From Candidatus Gastranaerophilales bacterium (GTDB taxonomy: Bacteria > Cyanobacteriota > Vampirovibrionia > Gastranaerophilales > Gastranaerophilaceae): DNA of 64,000 nt. The notes beneath the pieces were generated by a model. The model saw only the letters and a program-made list of their open reading frames with translations. It made no database searches and was not told the DNA's origin. The stretch is from the NCBI GenBank assembly GCA_947624685.1, contig CANQLJ010000003.1, positions 13,067-77,066 of the forward strand, written 5' to 3'. Position numbers and translations under genes: made by a program. Shown piece after piece: positions 36,081 through 46,985 of this stretch; position 1 is the first letter of the stretch, and each line of letters starts with the position of its first letter.

Positions 36081-37058
36081 CTATACAACTTCCAAAAGCT
36101 TTTTGTTTCGAGTGTTCAGGTATGTTTCGATTTTGTCGATTATGATTCTTTCAAAATTAATTTTAAATATTTCGTTGATTTCGTTTATGAAAAAGCATGG
36201 GCTTGTGATATTAATTTCAATTACTTTTCCGTCGATGACATCTAAACCTGCCAGATAAATTCCGTCTTTTTCAAATTTATCTTTTACAATATTTTCGATT
36301 AATTTTTCTTTTTCGTTTAATTGGGCAAATTTGAGAGTGTCTTTATTATGTTCGTTAAATTTAAAATCGTTGTTTGTGGCAACTTTTTTAACGCAGTATT
36401 CAAAAATTTCTCCGCAGACATAAATCAATCTTTTATCTCCGTTTTTAATTTCGGGAAGATATTTTTGAACCATCACTTGAGTTTTTTGGTTGTTTGTGGC
36501 GCTTTGAATGATTGAATTTATATTTTTATCATTAACATTTAAATAAAATACACCCGAACCAAAACAGCGGTTTAAGGGTTTAATTACTATTTCATTATTT
36601 TCAAAAAGGAATTCTTTAATTATTTTCTCATCCGCACTCACGATATTTTTCGGTGCAAGCGAAGGAAAGTCATTGACATAGAGCTTTTCGTTTTTTTCTC
36701 GAATTGCTCTTGGGTTATTCATTACAATAACTTTTTTATCTACATTTGATAAAATATAGCTTGCTTCAATATAATCCATATCAACGGGAGGATCCGGACG
36801 GAAAAATATTATATCAAAGTCATTTAAGCATAAGATTTTTGCGTCTTTTTGTTTTTTTATGTCATTATTATCTATATATGTTTCATATAAAAGCGAAAAA
36901 GGCACGCCATCTTTTTCAAAGAGCTTATTTTTTGTTGTTACAAAGACTTTGTTTTCTCTTCTTAAATACTCATATACGAGCCAAAAATTTGTCACAAGAA
37001 CGTTAAACTCGAAATATTGATACTCAATCTCATCTATAATAATTAATATATTTTTCAT
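36081..37058 (-). CDS. gshB: Glutathione synthetase-like ATP-grasp enzyme
   Basis: FFRPDPPVDMDY, NNPRAIREKNEKL, VIKPLNRCFGSGVF, MVQKYLPEIKNGDKRL, GLDVIDGKVIEINITSP follow the GshB order of motifs. Confidence 0.7.
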   Translation of the reverse strand: MKNILIIIDEIEYQYFEFNVLVTNFWLVYEYLRRENKVFVTTKNKLFEKDGVPFSLLYETYIDNNDIKKQKDAKILCLNDFDIIFFRPDPPVDMDYIEASYILSNVDKKVIVMNNPRAIREKNEKLYVNDFPSLAPKNIVSADEKIIKEFLFENNEIVIKPLNRCFGSGVFYLNVNDKNINSIIQSATNNQKTQVMVQKYLPEIKNGDKRLIYVCGEIFEYCVKKVATNNDFKFNEHNKDTLKFAQLNEKEKLIENIVKDKFEKDGIYLAGLDVIDGKVIEINITSPCFFINEINEIFKINFERIIIDKIETYLNTRNKKLLEVV

Positions 37059-37102
37059 AAATCTATTATATCAAATAATAAATTTTATTGTATAATCTAA
37101 TT

Positions 37103-37309
37103 ATGAAAAATTGTCCGTTTAAAAAAGAAATTTGCGATTCAACTTGTGCGCTATATATTAAAGACACCGATTTGAACGAAACAGTGAGAAACAGACTTCG
37201 CGCAATCGGAGTCATTAATCATGATGAAGAGGGTATTTGTTCGTTTAAAAATATCGCCTTGGCGCAAGACAGGTATATATTCGAAAACACAAAAGTCTAC
37301 AATAGCTAA
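37103..37309 (+). CDS. Small Cys-containing hypothetical protein
   Basis: 68 aa from ATG 37103 (MKNCPFKKEICDSTC...). No family recognised. Confidence 0.3.
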   Translation: MKNCPFKKEICDSTCALYIKDTDLNETVRNRLRAIGVINHDEEGICSFKNIALAQDRYIFENTKVYNS

Positions 37310-37344
37310 ATGAAATAAGATTAAATTTCATTGCGGGGTTAAAA

Positions 37345-38394
37345 TTGTTTAAAGATAATATCATAGCAGAATTAAAAGAAAAAATTAAAAAAAATCCAAA
37401 AGATATTGAACCTTTAAGAAATCTTGCAAACTATTATGTCGGATGCAATGAATATATTTTGGCATTTGATGTTTATGAAAAAATAATTGAATTGGATAAA
37501 AATGACTATCAAGCTTTGATTAATCTCGGTAGCATTTGTTTTTACAGAAAAATGTATGATAAAGCTTTGATATATTATAACGCCGCTTCGCTAATTGAGC
37601 CAAACAACTATGCAACGTATTATAATTTAGGTAATGTTTACGCTGAAATTGAAAATTTTGAACTTGCATATAAAAACTATCAAAAAGCGCTTGAACTAAA
37701 TTCGACAAAATCCGAAATATATAGCGCTCTTGGGTATTTATACAGCGACATAGAAAACTGGGCACAGGCCGGATATTATTATAAAAAAGCGCTTGAATCA
37801 GATTCAACAAATAGTGAAAATTATATTAATATTGCAAATGTTGCTTCTTGTTTATCTAATTACGATGAAGCAATTGAATACTATAAAAAAGCAATTCAGA
37901 TAAATGATAAAGATGAAAAACCATATCTTTCGATTGCAAATTCATATTGCGCCAAAAATGATTACTCTAAAGCGCAAGAATACTTTAAAAAAGCAATAGA
38001 TATTAATCCAAACTACTATGCTGCCTGGGTATGCAGAGCAATTGCCAAGATTGATGAAAATGATAACAATAGCGCAATAGAATATTTAAAACATGCAATT
38101 GAAATTGATATTGAAAAAGTGAATGCCTATATTCTTTTGGCTAATATACTGGTTGAAGAAAAAAGATTTTCCGAAGCTCTTGATATATATAAAACCGCCA
38201 AAAAAATTGCTCCCGATGATGCCAAGATATTGATGTTTATGGCAAATACTTATGTATTAATTCAAAATTATTCCCAAGCGGCAAAATACTATCGAAAAGC
38301 GATAAAATTATCTAATGATAACGAGATAAAATTGATTTATATTGAAATGGCAAACAGTTACATTAAAAATAAAATGAAAGGTAAAGATGGATAA
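37345..38394 (+). CDS. TPR-repeat protein
   Basis: Eight or more 34-aa units with the A..Y..A...P/D.N pattern. Confidence 0.8.
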   Translation: MFKDNIIAELKEKIKKNPKDIEPLRNLANYYVGCNEYILAFDVYEKIIELDKNDYQALINLGSICFYRKMYDKALIYYNAASLIEPNNYATYYNLGNVYAEIENFELAYKNYQKALELNSTKSEIYSALGYLYSDIENWAQAGYYYKKALESDSTNSENYINIANVASCLSNYDEAIEYYKKAIQINDKDEKPYLSIANSYCAKNDYSKAQEYFKKAIDINPNYYAAWVCRAIAKIDENDNNSAIEYLKHAIEIDIEKVNAYILLANILVEEKRFSEALDIYKTAKKIAPDDAKILMFMANTYVLIQNYSQAAKYYRKAIKLSNDNEIKLIYIEMANSYIKNKMKGKDG

Positions 38395-38785
38395 GATAAT
38401 TGACAGAATAGTTTCGATAATGTCATATTGTTCTTTTGGATTTTTTAGTATTATCTGGTTGATTTATGTAAATTTGGCAAAAAAGCCCATGAGTTCTTTT
38501 TTGGTCTTTAATTTATATCAAGCAATATTTATCTCGATTGCCCTTGCCATAATTTCGCTTGTTTATAACATAGCATACGGATTTATGAGCGTTGTGCCGT
38601 TTTTGGGTAATGTTGTAAAAATTGCGGATATTTATATCAATCGAACACCGATTTATTTCACTTATTCAATAAGCTCTCTTTTAGTTATGTTACTGTTAAT
38701 GTATCTTTCGATAATGTCCGTGCTGGGTAAAAGACCCTATATTCCTTTAATATCCAAGATGATTAGAATGAACTTTGGAGTTTAG
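38387..38785 (+). CDS. Small 4-TM membrane protein, Tic20-like (weak)
   Basis: 132 aa. FNLYQAIFISI and the C-terminal RPYIPLISKM resemble the Tic20/DUF4870 pattern. Low certainty. Confidence 0.3.
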   Translation: MDKIIDRIVSIMSYCSFGFFSIIWLIYVNLAKKPMSSFLVFNLYQAIFISIALAIISLVYNIAYGFMSVVPFLGNVVKIADIYINRTPIYFTYSISSLLVMLLLMYLSIMSVLGKRPYIPLISKMIRMNFGV

Positions 38786-38796
38786 AGAAAAAATTT

Positions 38797-39195
38797 ATGA
38801 AAAATATTATTTTTTTAGCGTCAATATTTCTTTTGAGTTTGAAAAGTTATGCAACAAGCGAACTTTATTCAAACAGTGAAGAAGTAAAAGAGATATTAAA
38901 CAATAATGTCTATGAACCGAATTATTTCAGCATGATTTTGGGACTTATATTTGTTGTGTTTTTGATTTATGTGACGGGCTATATTTATCAAAAATTGACA
39001 AAAGTTAAACTATCCGACACTTTAGATTGCTGCGCTCAAGTTATATCCACAACGCAATTGGGACAAGGGAGAAATCTCCATGTTATTAAAATTATGGATG
39101 ATTATTGCCTTATCGGTTCAACTCAAAACAGCATTACTTTTTTAAAAGATGTTGATGTAAAAGATAATATGATTAAGCAAGAATTAAAGCGATAA
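38797..39195 (+). CDS. Signal/TM protein, FliO-like (weak)
   Basis: A single TM helix followed by VISTTQLGQGRNLHVIKIMDDYCLIGSTQNSITFL, which resembles the FliO conserved core. The context is not flagellar. Confidence 0.3.
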   Translation: MKNIIFLASIFLLSLKSYATSELYSNSEEVKEILNNNVYEPNYFSMILGLIFVVFLIYVTGYIYQKLTKVKLSDTLDCCAQVISTTQLGQGRNLHVIKIMDDYCLIGSTQNSITFLKDVDVKDNMIKQELKR

Positions 39196-39201
39196 AATTT
39201 T

Positions 39202-40953
39202 ATGCTGGCAAAATTTATAAAATACATAAATAATATTTTTTTATCTGTCGAATTATTTAACCGCCAGATAAATAACTATAAATTGGTTGCAAAAGAGCCG
39301 GCATTACCTTGCTGGGCGTATATTAACTGGGGACTTTTTTTAATTAACAAAGGAGAAAAGAAAAAAGGGCTCGAAAAATTAAACCAAAGCGTTTTAATGA
39401 ACGCAACAAACCCCGAAGTATATATAAATATCGCAATTACTCAAGCGCAAGACGGACAATTTCAAGAAGCTCTAAAGAATTTCAAAAAAGCTCTGAGGCT
39501 TGATTCAAATAATGCAAAAGCCTGGGGGTATATTGCGGGAGTTTATAGCGAATTAAACGAAAAAAATTTAGCGAAAAGTGCTTTTGAAAAATCGATTAAA
39601 TTAGATAGGACAAATTCATATACATATCTTAACTATGGTATATTTTGCGCCAAAAATGACAAAAAAGAGCTCGCTCAATCGTTATTTAAAAAAGCTCATA
39701 TAATTGACCCTGTCAATAGCTTGCCTTTGATGATGTGGGCAATGACATTATTGGGTGATGGGGACTATAAAAACGCTCTTAAAATATATAAAAAATTATT
39801 AACTCTCGATCCTTTTAACGCCCAGGCTCTGTATTTATGTGCGCTATGTTTGTTTAGGCTGAATAATTACAGCGAATGTATCGAGTTTTGTAAAAAAAGC
39901 ATATCAGCCGATAAAACAAAAGTTGAAAATTATATAATGCTCTGCGAATCCTATATGAACCTAAAAAACGAGAAAAAGTGTTTTGAAACGTATGAAAAAT
40001 ATGAAAAATTTTGTTATGAAGACTGGAGCTTTTATAATTCATGGGGATGTGCTTTTCAGTTTTTTGAAAAATTTGATGAATCGATTGAAAAATTTCAAAA
40101 ATCAATCTCTCTAAAATCCGATATTATAATAAATCGAAGCGCATACTCTTATTCATTAATTAAATTAGACCGAATTGATGAAGCAAAAGAACAAATTGAA
40201 GAAGTCTTGAAATTGGCACCTGATCATGCCGGAAGCTATTTCAATTTGGGACAGGTATATTCTCAAAAACAACAGTATAAAGAAGCAATTGACGCTTATA
40301 AAAAAGCAGTTACCATTGATGTAAATTTAAAAAGCACGTATTTTTATATAGCAAACGCTTATTTTAAATCCGACGACATTAAAAATGCGATAAAATATTG
40401 GAAAAAAACCGTTGAATATGATAAAACCAACCTTAACGCCTATATTAATCTTGCTCTTTGTGCGCTCGATAAACAAAACGACCCCCAAAGTGCTCTAAGA
40501 TATATTAGAAGCGCCTATGAAGCGGATAAAAATAATCCCAAAGTCTTATTTAACTATGGTTTGATATTATTTAAAACGGATGATATTTATCGCGCTCAAG
40601 AAAAATTTGAGCAGGCTTATAAATCGGATTCGACTATGACCCAAGCGCAAATAAGCCTTGCCGATTGCAAATTGAAGCTAACAAAACCCTATGAAGCAAA
40701 AGAAATATTGGATAAGATTAATGACGATGCTAAAAACACAAATGAATATCTAAGCGCCAGAGCGATTTGCCTTTATGAAATATCAAAAATTGAAAAAGAA
40801 AATTTATCGTTAATTGATGAAATAATTGAGATTTGTGATAAAATAATATCTATGGACAGTGAAAATATTGTCATAAAAGAATTAAGAGAACAAATTTTGC
40901 AAAATAAATCTTTAGCTAAAGATGAAACTAAGCAAAATACGGGTGAAAAATGA
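39202..40953 (+). CDS. TPR-repeat protein
   Basis: 583 aa, with many TPR units throughout. Confidence 0.8.
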   Translation: MLAKFIKYINNIFLSVELFNRQINNYKLVAKEPALPCWAYINWGLFLINKGEKKKGLEKLNQSVLMNATNPEVYINIAITQAQDGQFQEALKNFKKALRLDSNNAKAWGYIAGVYSELNEKNLAKSAFEKSIKLDRTNSYTYLNYGIFCAKNDKKELAQSLFKKAHIIDPVNSLPLMMWAMTLLGDGDYKNALKIYKKLLTLDPFNAQALYLCALCLFRLNNYSECIEFCKKSISADKTKVENYIMLCESYMNLKNEKKCFETYEKYEKFCYEDWSFYNSWGCAFQFFEKFDESIEKFQKSISLKSDIIINRSAYSYSLIKLDRIDEAKEQIEEVLKLAPDHAGSYFNLGQVYSQKQQYKEAIDAYKKAVTIDVNLKSTYFYIANAYFKSDDIKNAIKYWKKTVEYDKTNLNAYINLALCALDKQNDPQSALRYIRSAYEADKNNPKVLFNYGLILFKTDDIYRAQEKFEQAYKSDSTMTQAQISLADCKLKLTKPYEAKEILDKINDDAKNTNEYLSARAICLYEISKIEKENLSLIDEIIEICDKIISMDSENIVIKELREQILQNKSLAKDETKQNTGEK

Positions 40954-42215
40954 GCTTAATCGTACAAAAATTTGGAGGAACATCCGTTGCAACAAGTGAA
41001 AAAATAAAAAACGTTGCAAACGCGATTATAAAAGAAAAAAATAACGGAAATGACGTTGTTGTTGTAGTGAGCGCCATGGGCCACACTACGGATAATTTAA
41101 TTAAGTTATCAAAAGAAATTACATCATCTCCCTGTGCTCGCGAGATGGATATGCTTCTTGCAACGGGAGAACAGGTCTCAATGTCACTTTTGGCTATGGC
41201 ATTAATTGATATGGGCTATAATGCCGTCAGTTTAACAGGCTATCAAGCGGGAATTAAAACCCAAAAGAATCACATGTGCGCAAGAATAATTGATATTGAT
41301 ACAACAAGAATAAATAAACACATCTTAAATAATGAAATAGTGATCGTTGCGGGTTTTCAAGGAATCTGTGAAGGTAATGAAATTACAACATTAGGTAGAG
41401 GCGGCTCTGATACCACAGCCGTTGCTTTAGCTTGCGCTCTTAATGCGCAAAGGTGCGATATATATTCTGATGTTGAAGGGGTGTATACGACAGATCCTCG
41501 AATCGTTAAGACCGCACAAAAATTAAAAACGATTTCTTATGATGAGATGCTTGAACTTGCCCGCGTCGGGGCAAATGTTTTGCATCCGAGGTGTGTTGAA
41601 AGTGCTAAACAAAATAAGATGCCCATGAGAGTTCGAAGCTCATTTAAGCTTGATGATATGGGAACATTAATAATAGGAGTTGACGAAATGGAATTAAATA
41701 AACCCGTAACAGGAGCGGCAGTGGACAATTCGCAAATAAGAATTGTTATATGTGATATTGTGGATGAACCCGGAAACGCCGCAAAATTATTCAATCTTTT
41801 ATCTTCAAGCGATTTAAGCGTTGATATGATTATTCAATCTTATGCAAGGCATTCAAAAAACACAAACGACATTGCTTTCACCATCTCAAAAAGCGACTAC
41901 CCCAAGTTTGATGCCCTGAAAGGTAAAATTACCGAGCTTTTAAAAGCCGACGGCATTTTTATTGATGATGATATTGCAAAAGTCTCTATTGTTGGTGCGG
42001 GCATGATAGACAGACCCGGTATCGCAGCCAAGATGTTTGATACATTGGCAAAAGAAAACATCAACATTAAAATGATTTCAACAAGTGAAATTAAAATAAG
42101 CTGTCTTGTTGAAAAGAAATATTGTAACAGTGCTCTTGTCGCGCTATGTAAGGCTTTTGAATTAGATGGAGCTGATGTTGCGCAAGTCAAGGGCGATTTG
42201 CCTGATGTTGACTAG
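40950..42215 (+). CDS. lysC: Aspartate kinase
   Basis: VQKFGGTSV, VVVSAMG, LGRGGSDTTA and two C-terminal ACT-like repeats. Confidence 0.9.
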   Translation: MSLIVQKFGGTSVATSEKIKNVANAIIKEKNNGNDVVVVVSAMGHTTDNLIKLSKEITSSPCAREMDMLLATGEQVSMSLLAMALIDMGYNAVSLTGYQAGIKTQKNHMCARIIDIDTTRINKHILNNEIVIVAGFQGICEGNEITTLGRGGSDTTAVALACALNAQRCDIYSDVEGVYTTDPRIVKTAQKLKTISYDEMLELARVGANVLHPRCVESAKQNKMPMRVRSSFKLDDMGTLIIGVDEMELNKPVTGAAVDNSQIRIVICDIVDEPGNAAKLFNLLSSSDLSVDMIIQSYARHSKNTNDIAFTISKSDYPKFDALKGKITELLKADGIFIDDDIAKVSIVGAGMIDRPGIAAKMFDTLAKENINIKMISTSEIKISCLVEKKYCNSALVALCKAFELDGADVAQVKGDLPDVD

Positions 42216-42243
42216 AAAATAAAGTGAAATATAAAAACACAAA

Positions 42244-43191
42244 ATGATTAACGTCGTTCAAGATTTTTTAGATGAATATAATATCAAAAACAAAAAAGTG
42301 ATTTTGGGTTTTTCCTCAGGGCCCGATAGCTGCGCATTAGCTTATATTTTATCAAAGCTGGCCAAAAAAAATAATCTTGAACTTATCTTGGCTCATTTTA
42401 ACCATAATTGGCGAGGGGAGGAATCAAAAAGCGAAGAGATTTTTGCTTTCGATTTTGCAAAAAAAATAAATGCTCGATTTTATTTTGATTGTGCAAGCAA
42501 AGATGAAACAAAAACCGAAGAAAACGCAAGAAACCTGCGCTACGCTTTTTTTGAGCGTGCTATGAAAGAATTTAAAACGGATGTTGTTTTTTTGGCTCAT
42601 AATAAAAACGATAATATTGAAACGGCAATTTATAGAATAATTAAAGGTACGGGAATCAAGGGGCTTTGTTCTATTGCACAAAAAAGAGATAATTTCTACA
42701 GGCCCTTGTTAAACATAACCAAAAATCAGATTTTAGAATTTTTAGCTCAAAATAAAATCGAATATAAAATCGATTCGTCAAATGAAGATATAAAATATAA
42801 AAGAAACCTTATTCGAAAAGAAATTTTACCCATTTTTGAAAAAATTAATATAAGCTATTTAGACAGCATCGAAAATTTAATTAAAAATGCAATATTGAAT
42901 CGAGAAATTGTTGAAAATGTGCTTTTTGAATTTAAAAAAGAGGTTTTAGTTGATGATACAATCGAAGCTTCCTTGTATAAAAATGCTAAAAAACCATTGA
43001 GATATGAATTTTTGAATGATTTTTTGGGTGAAAAATTAAAATATCGAAATTATAAAAATATTAAAAAAATCGATGATTTTATAATGAACACAAATAAAAC
43101 TTCTCAAATTTCAATTAATCGGGAGTTGTTTTTAAAAATCAGAAAAGGTAAGATTTTTTTTGTAAAACATAATAACTATGAAAAAGATTAA
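42244..43191 (+). CDS. tilS: tRNA(Ile)-lysidine synthase
   Basis: PP-loop GFSSGPDSCAL, LAHFNHNWRGEES, AHNKNDNIET. Confidence 0.85.
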   Translation: MINVVQDFLDEYNIKNKKVILGFSSGPDSCALAYILSKLAKKNNLELILAHFNHNWRGEESKSEEIFAFDFAKKINARFYFDCASKDETKTEENARNLRYAFFERAMKEFKTDVVFLAHNKNDNIETAIYRIIKGTGIKGLCSIAQKRDNFYRPLLNITKNQILEFLAQNKIEYKIDSSNEDIKYKRNLIRKEILPIFEKINISYLDSIENLIKNAILNREIVENVLFEFKKEVLVDDTIEASLYKNAKKPLRYEFLNDFLGEKLKYRNYKNIKKIDDFIMNTNKTSQISINRELFLKIRKGKIFFVKHNNYEKD

Positions 43192-43206
43192 AAAACGGGA
43201 AACAAA

Positions 43207-43749
43207 ATGGATAAAGATATTAAAGACTTAAAAGTATTAATCGATTCCGATACGTTAGAAAAAAGAATAATAGCGCTTGCGGATGAGATTAATTCGTACT
43301 ATGAAAAAAATTATAACAATGAACCTTTAAATTTAATTTGCGTTTTAAGAGGCGCTGTGATGTTTTTTTCGCAACTTTCAAAATACCTCAAAATGCCAAT
43401 TAAGATGGAATTTGTGTCTTTATCAAGCTATGGCGATTCGATAAAATCATCAGGCAAAATTAAAACGATTAATCTTGCTTTGCCTAATTTTAATAATGAA
43501 AATGTTTTGGTTGTAGAAGATATTGTAGATACCGGTCTTACGCTTGATTTTTTGATGAAATTTATAAAGCATAATTGCGCTTCAAAGGATTTAAAGCTTG
43601 CCGTGTTGTTTGATAAAAAATGTGCTCGAAAATATGACGTAAACCCTGATTTCAGCGCTTTTGAAACAGACGATAAATTCATCGTCGGTTTTGGGCTTGA
43701 TTATATGGGATACTATCGCAACCTTAATTATATCGGGTATTTTGACTGA
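43207..43749 (+). CDS. hpt: Hypoxanthine phosphoribosyltransferase
   Basis: LRGAVMF, PRPP loop VVEDIVDTGLTL, GFGLDY. Confidence 0.9.
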   Translation: MDKDIKDLKVLIDSDTLEKRIIALADEINSYYEKNYNNEPLNLICVLRGAVMFFSQLSKYLKMPIKMEFVSLSSYGDSIKSSGKIKTINLALPNFNNENVLVVEDIVDTGLTLDFLMKFIKHNCASKDLKLAVLFDKKCARKYDVNPDFSAFETDDKFIVGFGLDYMGYYRNLNYIGYFD

Positions 43750-43770
43750 TGCTTAGCTAAAAATTGATAA

Positions 43771-44301
43771 TTAAAAAAATATCGGGCAGATGATTATTGC
43801 TGCAATAAGCCCTATAATATCAGCTAAAATCCCCGATAACAGTGCATGGCGAAATTTCTTTATCCCGACGGCCCCAAAATATACGCTTGCCACATAAAAC
43901 GTTGTTTCGGAGCTTCCTGTGATTACGGCCGCGAGTTTTGCGGCGTAAGAATCTACTCCGCAATTGTTGATTATATCGGCTAATACCCCCAAAGTGGCGC
44001 TTCCCGAAAATGAGCGGGTGAACATAATGAGGCTTGTTTCAATCGGGATTTTAAAGAAATCAAAAACAGGTTTTAGGAAATTTTGTAATATTTCTAATGC
44101 CCCACTTGATCTTAAAGCGGCGGTTAATACCATTATCGCAACAAGGTAGGGTATTATTTTAACCGCAACAAAAAAGCCTTCTTTTGCTCCTGTTGTAAAA
44201 TCTTCATAAGCCGGTTTTTTATTTATTAGCGCATGGATTAATATAATTGAAATTATTAAAGGCAGAATCAGTATAGATAAGGTATTTAGAAATTTAATCA
44301 T
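43771..44301 (-). CDS. spmB: Spore-maturation-protein-B-like nucleoside-recognition membrane protein
   Basis: 176 aa, polytopic, paired with an spmA-like gene upstream and overlapping it by 4 nt. Confidence 0.7.
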   Translation of the reverse strand: MIKFLNTLSILILPLIISIILIHALINKKPAYEDFTTGAKEGFFVAVKIIPYLVAIMVLTAALRSSGALEILQNFLKPVFDFFKIPIETSLIMFTRSFSGSATLGVLADIINNCGVDSYAAKLAAVITGSSETTFYVASVYFGAVGIKKFRHALLSGILADIIGLIAAIIICPIFF

Positions 44302-44873
44302 TTAAAATACCTCTCTAAAATTTTTGAAAAGAATAGTGCGCTTAAAAACGCTATTGTTGTAACAATTAGTGTGGGTAAAATTATGACGGATGGGTTTTTC
44401 ATTCCGCTTGCACTTAAAATTGCAATAACAACGGCGGGAACTATTTGAAAGCCGGCTGTGTTTATGGCAAGAAATGTACACATCGAATTTGTCGCGATGT
44501 TTTTATCGGGGTTTTTTTCCTGCATACTCTCCATTGCCTTAATTCCAAAGGGAGTTGCGGCGTTTTGAAGGCCTAAAGCGTTTGCGCTAATATTTAGAGC
44601 GACATTAGAGAAAGCTTCGTCGTTATCTTTTAAATCGGGGAAGATTATCAAAAGCGGTTTTTTGATTATTTTTGAAAATAATTCCATCAATCCCGAGCTT
44701 TTAGCGATATTTACCATCCCGAGCCAAAAAGCCATAATTCCAATTAACCCAAAGGAGATTTCGACCGCTCTTTGGGAGGCTTTTAACATATCATTTATCA
44801 TAACATCAAGCGAATGGTTAAAAATTGCGCAAATAAAAGATATTAAAATTAGAAAAATAAAAATATAATTCAT
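44298..44873 (-). CDS. spmA: Spore-maturation-protein-A-like nucleoside-recognition membrane protein
   Basis: Start taken at the internal ATG 44873 (MNYIFIFLIL...), which avoids overlap with the upstream gene. Gate-domain-like layout. Confidence 0.7.
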   Translation of the reverse strand: MNYIFIFLILISFICAIFNHSLDVMINDMLKASQRAVEISFGLIGIMAFWLGMVNIAKSSGLMELFSKIIKKPLLIIFPDLKDNDEAFSNVALNISANALGLQNAATPFGIKAMESMQEKNPDKNIATNSMCTFLAINTAGFQIVPAVVIAILSASGMKNPSVIILPTLIVTTIAFLSALFFSKILERYFK

Positions 44874-44874
44874 C

Positions 44875-46962
44875 TTATCCTTGGAACGTGTGAGTGAAAT
44901 ATGCTTCACCTTCGGGAGTGATTGAGTATCTGTTGGAATCATCTACATAATACATTTTAATATAATTTTTTGCAATCAAATCTTTAACGATTGATAAATT
45001 TGCAATGTCTCCCGTTGCTTGGAAAAGCTTTGAATTGATGAATTTCATTGTGAAATTTTCTTGCTCTAAGATATTTTTTATGTAATAAGCGCAAATTATA
45101 AATTCATCTTCAATTTCATTGTAATCAAAATTTGCGATATACGATTTAAAATCAAGGTCATGGTTAAGTGCCGCTTGGATTTTGGGTTCTTTTGTTATGT
45201 CTTGTTCATTGTTTAAAGGTATATTTGAGACAATTTGAGATAAATCTTTTTCAATTAATTGAGGTTGAATTTCGTTTTGGAAGGTTTCTTCCCTAACTTC
45301 TTCCTTAGTTTCTTCTTCCTCGTTTTCGTTTTCAAGGGCTCTGAATAATTCTTGTGTCGGGATTTCGACTAATTGCGAGGTTTGAGGTTCGATTTTTTGA
45401 TTAGATACAATATCGACAGGTTCAAGCGCTAAATCGTCTTCAACTTGTTTTGGCGTTTCAACTTCAAAATTATAAGGTTCGATTGAATCGTCTTTGGTGT
45501 TTGTTGTCTCGTTACCTAAGCTTTCTTCGCTTTCGATATTGTTTTCGCCACCATCTTCAATATTATCTTCATTATTATTTTCATTCAGCATCTCAACCAT
45601 AGGCAACCCTGTCATCGCATCAACCTCAATCGGAGCTTGAGAGGGTTCATTTTGAGAGTTTTGAAAATCGCTTTGGATATTATTTTGTTCGATATAATCT
45701 TGCTTTAAATCTTTATCTTCTTCCTCTTTTTCTTCCTTAATCAAAGGAGTGTTGGTTAAAATGCTTTGTTCTATTGCCGCTTTTGAAATATCATTGTTAG
45801 AAAAAATTTCATCTAAATTTTGCTTTTTTTCCATATCGTTTAATGAATTTGTAAGCGGATTTGAGCTATTTGAAAATTGAACTTGCGATTCCTTTGGGTT
45901 ATAAGCGGCCGCGTCGACACTATTTTGCGAATTGTTATTTATGATATTAAAATCAATCTCGTCGATTTGGCTTTGAGCAATTTGAACAAGATTTTCAAAA
46001 TCGTCTTTTGCGTTGTTGTTTTGAAATTTAATTTCATTGAACCCTTGTATATCATTCGGAAATTCAAAAGTTTCTTGAGATAATTTTTTTTCTGTTTCAA
46101 ATTTTATTGGCTGCGTCGGTGCTTGGGTTGGCGCTTGTGTTGGTGCTTGAGTCGGCACCGGAGTTGGTGCCGGAGTTGGCGCTTGGGTGGGTTCTATTTG
46201 CGCATCTCTTGAAGGCAGTTCATTTGAAAAAGTTCTTATAAAATTGCCTTCGTTTTCGCTGTTTGAATTTTTTTCGTTATGAAATTTTTTAATGTCGTTT
46301 TCAAGCCCTTGGCGCTTCAATTCTTCCAGGATAAATTCTTGTTCTTCTTTATCAAAATCAAAACCGGCGCTAAAACCGGTGTCATCTTGCGGTTTTGAGG
46401 AGCTAAATTCTATTGTCGGGATTTCATTTTGTTTTGTTTCGTTATTATTAACTTCTCTAACTTCATTAATTTCATTCACTTCGGATAAAGAATATTCGTT
46501 TGCAAAAAGCTGTGTATCAGTTTTCGTTTGGGTATCAGTTTGGGGCTCTATATCCATTAGAGCAATTTCGCTATTTTTAAATGTGTTTTTGGGTTGGTTT
46601 TTGATGGGTTTAACATTTAAAAGATGCTGATTTTCGTTTTGGATAGTATTTTGAGCTATATTTTGGGTAACATTTTGGGCTTGGTCGTTTTGGCTATTTA
46701 TGGTATTTTGCTTCGCTTCATTTGGGATATTAATTTGGTTTAAATTTGAATTGGACGTTAAAATATCAATTTCATCGATTGATTTAAGTTGTTTTTCATT
46801 TTCAATCGGGTGCGCCAGTTTTTTGATTTTTGATCTAAATTCGCTTGTCGCATCAAAAAACTGCGCAAAATATACATCCATTTCTCTTGTGATAACGGAT
46901 TTATCTTGTGATTCCAAACAAAATTCGCAGCCGTTTGATTTTATTGTAATGTTATAAAACAA
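44875..46962 (-). CDS. Large acidic low-complexity protein with (T/P)QAP repeats and a winged-helix-like C-terminus
   Basis: 695 aa, N/E/Q/D-rich, with a central TQAPTPAPTPVPTQAPTQAPTQAPTQP stretch and a structured C-terminal ~90 aa. Confidence 0.5.
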   Translation of the reverse strand: MFYNITIKSNGCEFCLESQDKSVITREMDVYFAQFFDATSEFRSKIKKLAHPIENEKQLKSIDEIDILTSNSNLNQINIPNEAKQNTINSQNDQAQNVTQNIAQNTIQNENQHLLNVKPIKNQPKNTFKNSEIALMDIEPQTDTQTKTDTQLFANEYSLSEVNEINEVREVNNNETKQNEIPTIEFSSSKPQDDTGFSAGFDFDKEEQEFILEELKRQGLENDIKKFHNEKNSNSENEGNFIRTFSNELPSRDAQIEPTQAPTPAPTPVPTQAPTQAPTQAPTQPIKFETEKKLSQETFEFPNDIQGFNEIKFQNNNAKDDFENLVQIAQSQIDEIDFNIINNNSQNSVDAAAYNPKESQVQFSNSSNPLTNSLNDMEKKQNLDEIFSNNDISKAAIEQSILTNTPLIKEEKEEEDKDLKQDYIEQNNIQSDFQNSQNEPSQAPIEVDAMTGLPMVEMLNENNNEDNIEDGGENNIESEESLGNETTNTKDDSIEPYNFEVETPKQVEDDLALEPVDIVSNQKIEPQTSQLVEIPTQELFRALENENEEEETKEEVREETFQNEIQPQLIEKDLSQIVSNIPLNNEQDITKEPKIQAALNHDLDFKSYIANFDYNEIEDEFIICAYYIKNILEQENFTMKFINSKLFQATGDIANLSIVKDLIAKNYIKMYYVDDSNRYSITPEGEAYFTHTFQG
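46118..46189 (-). repeat. Six tandem 12-bp units encoding the (T/P)QAP repeat
   Basis: The plus strand reads ggtgcttgggtt ggcgcttgtgtt ggtgcttgagtc ggcaccggagtt ggtgccggagtt ggcgcttgggtg. This is a G+C-rich island inside an AT-rich gene. Confidence 0.8.
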
Positions 46963-46985
46963 AATTCTATCCCTAATTTATGTAA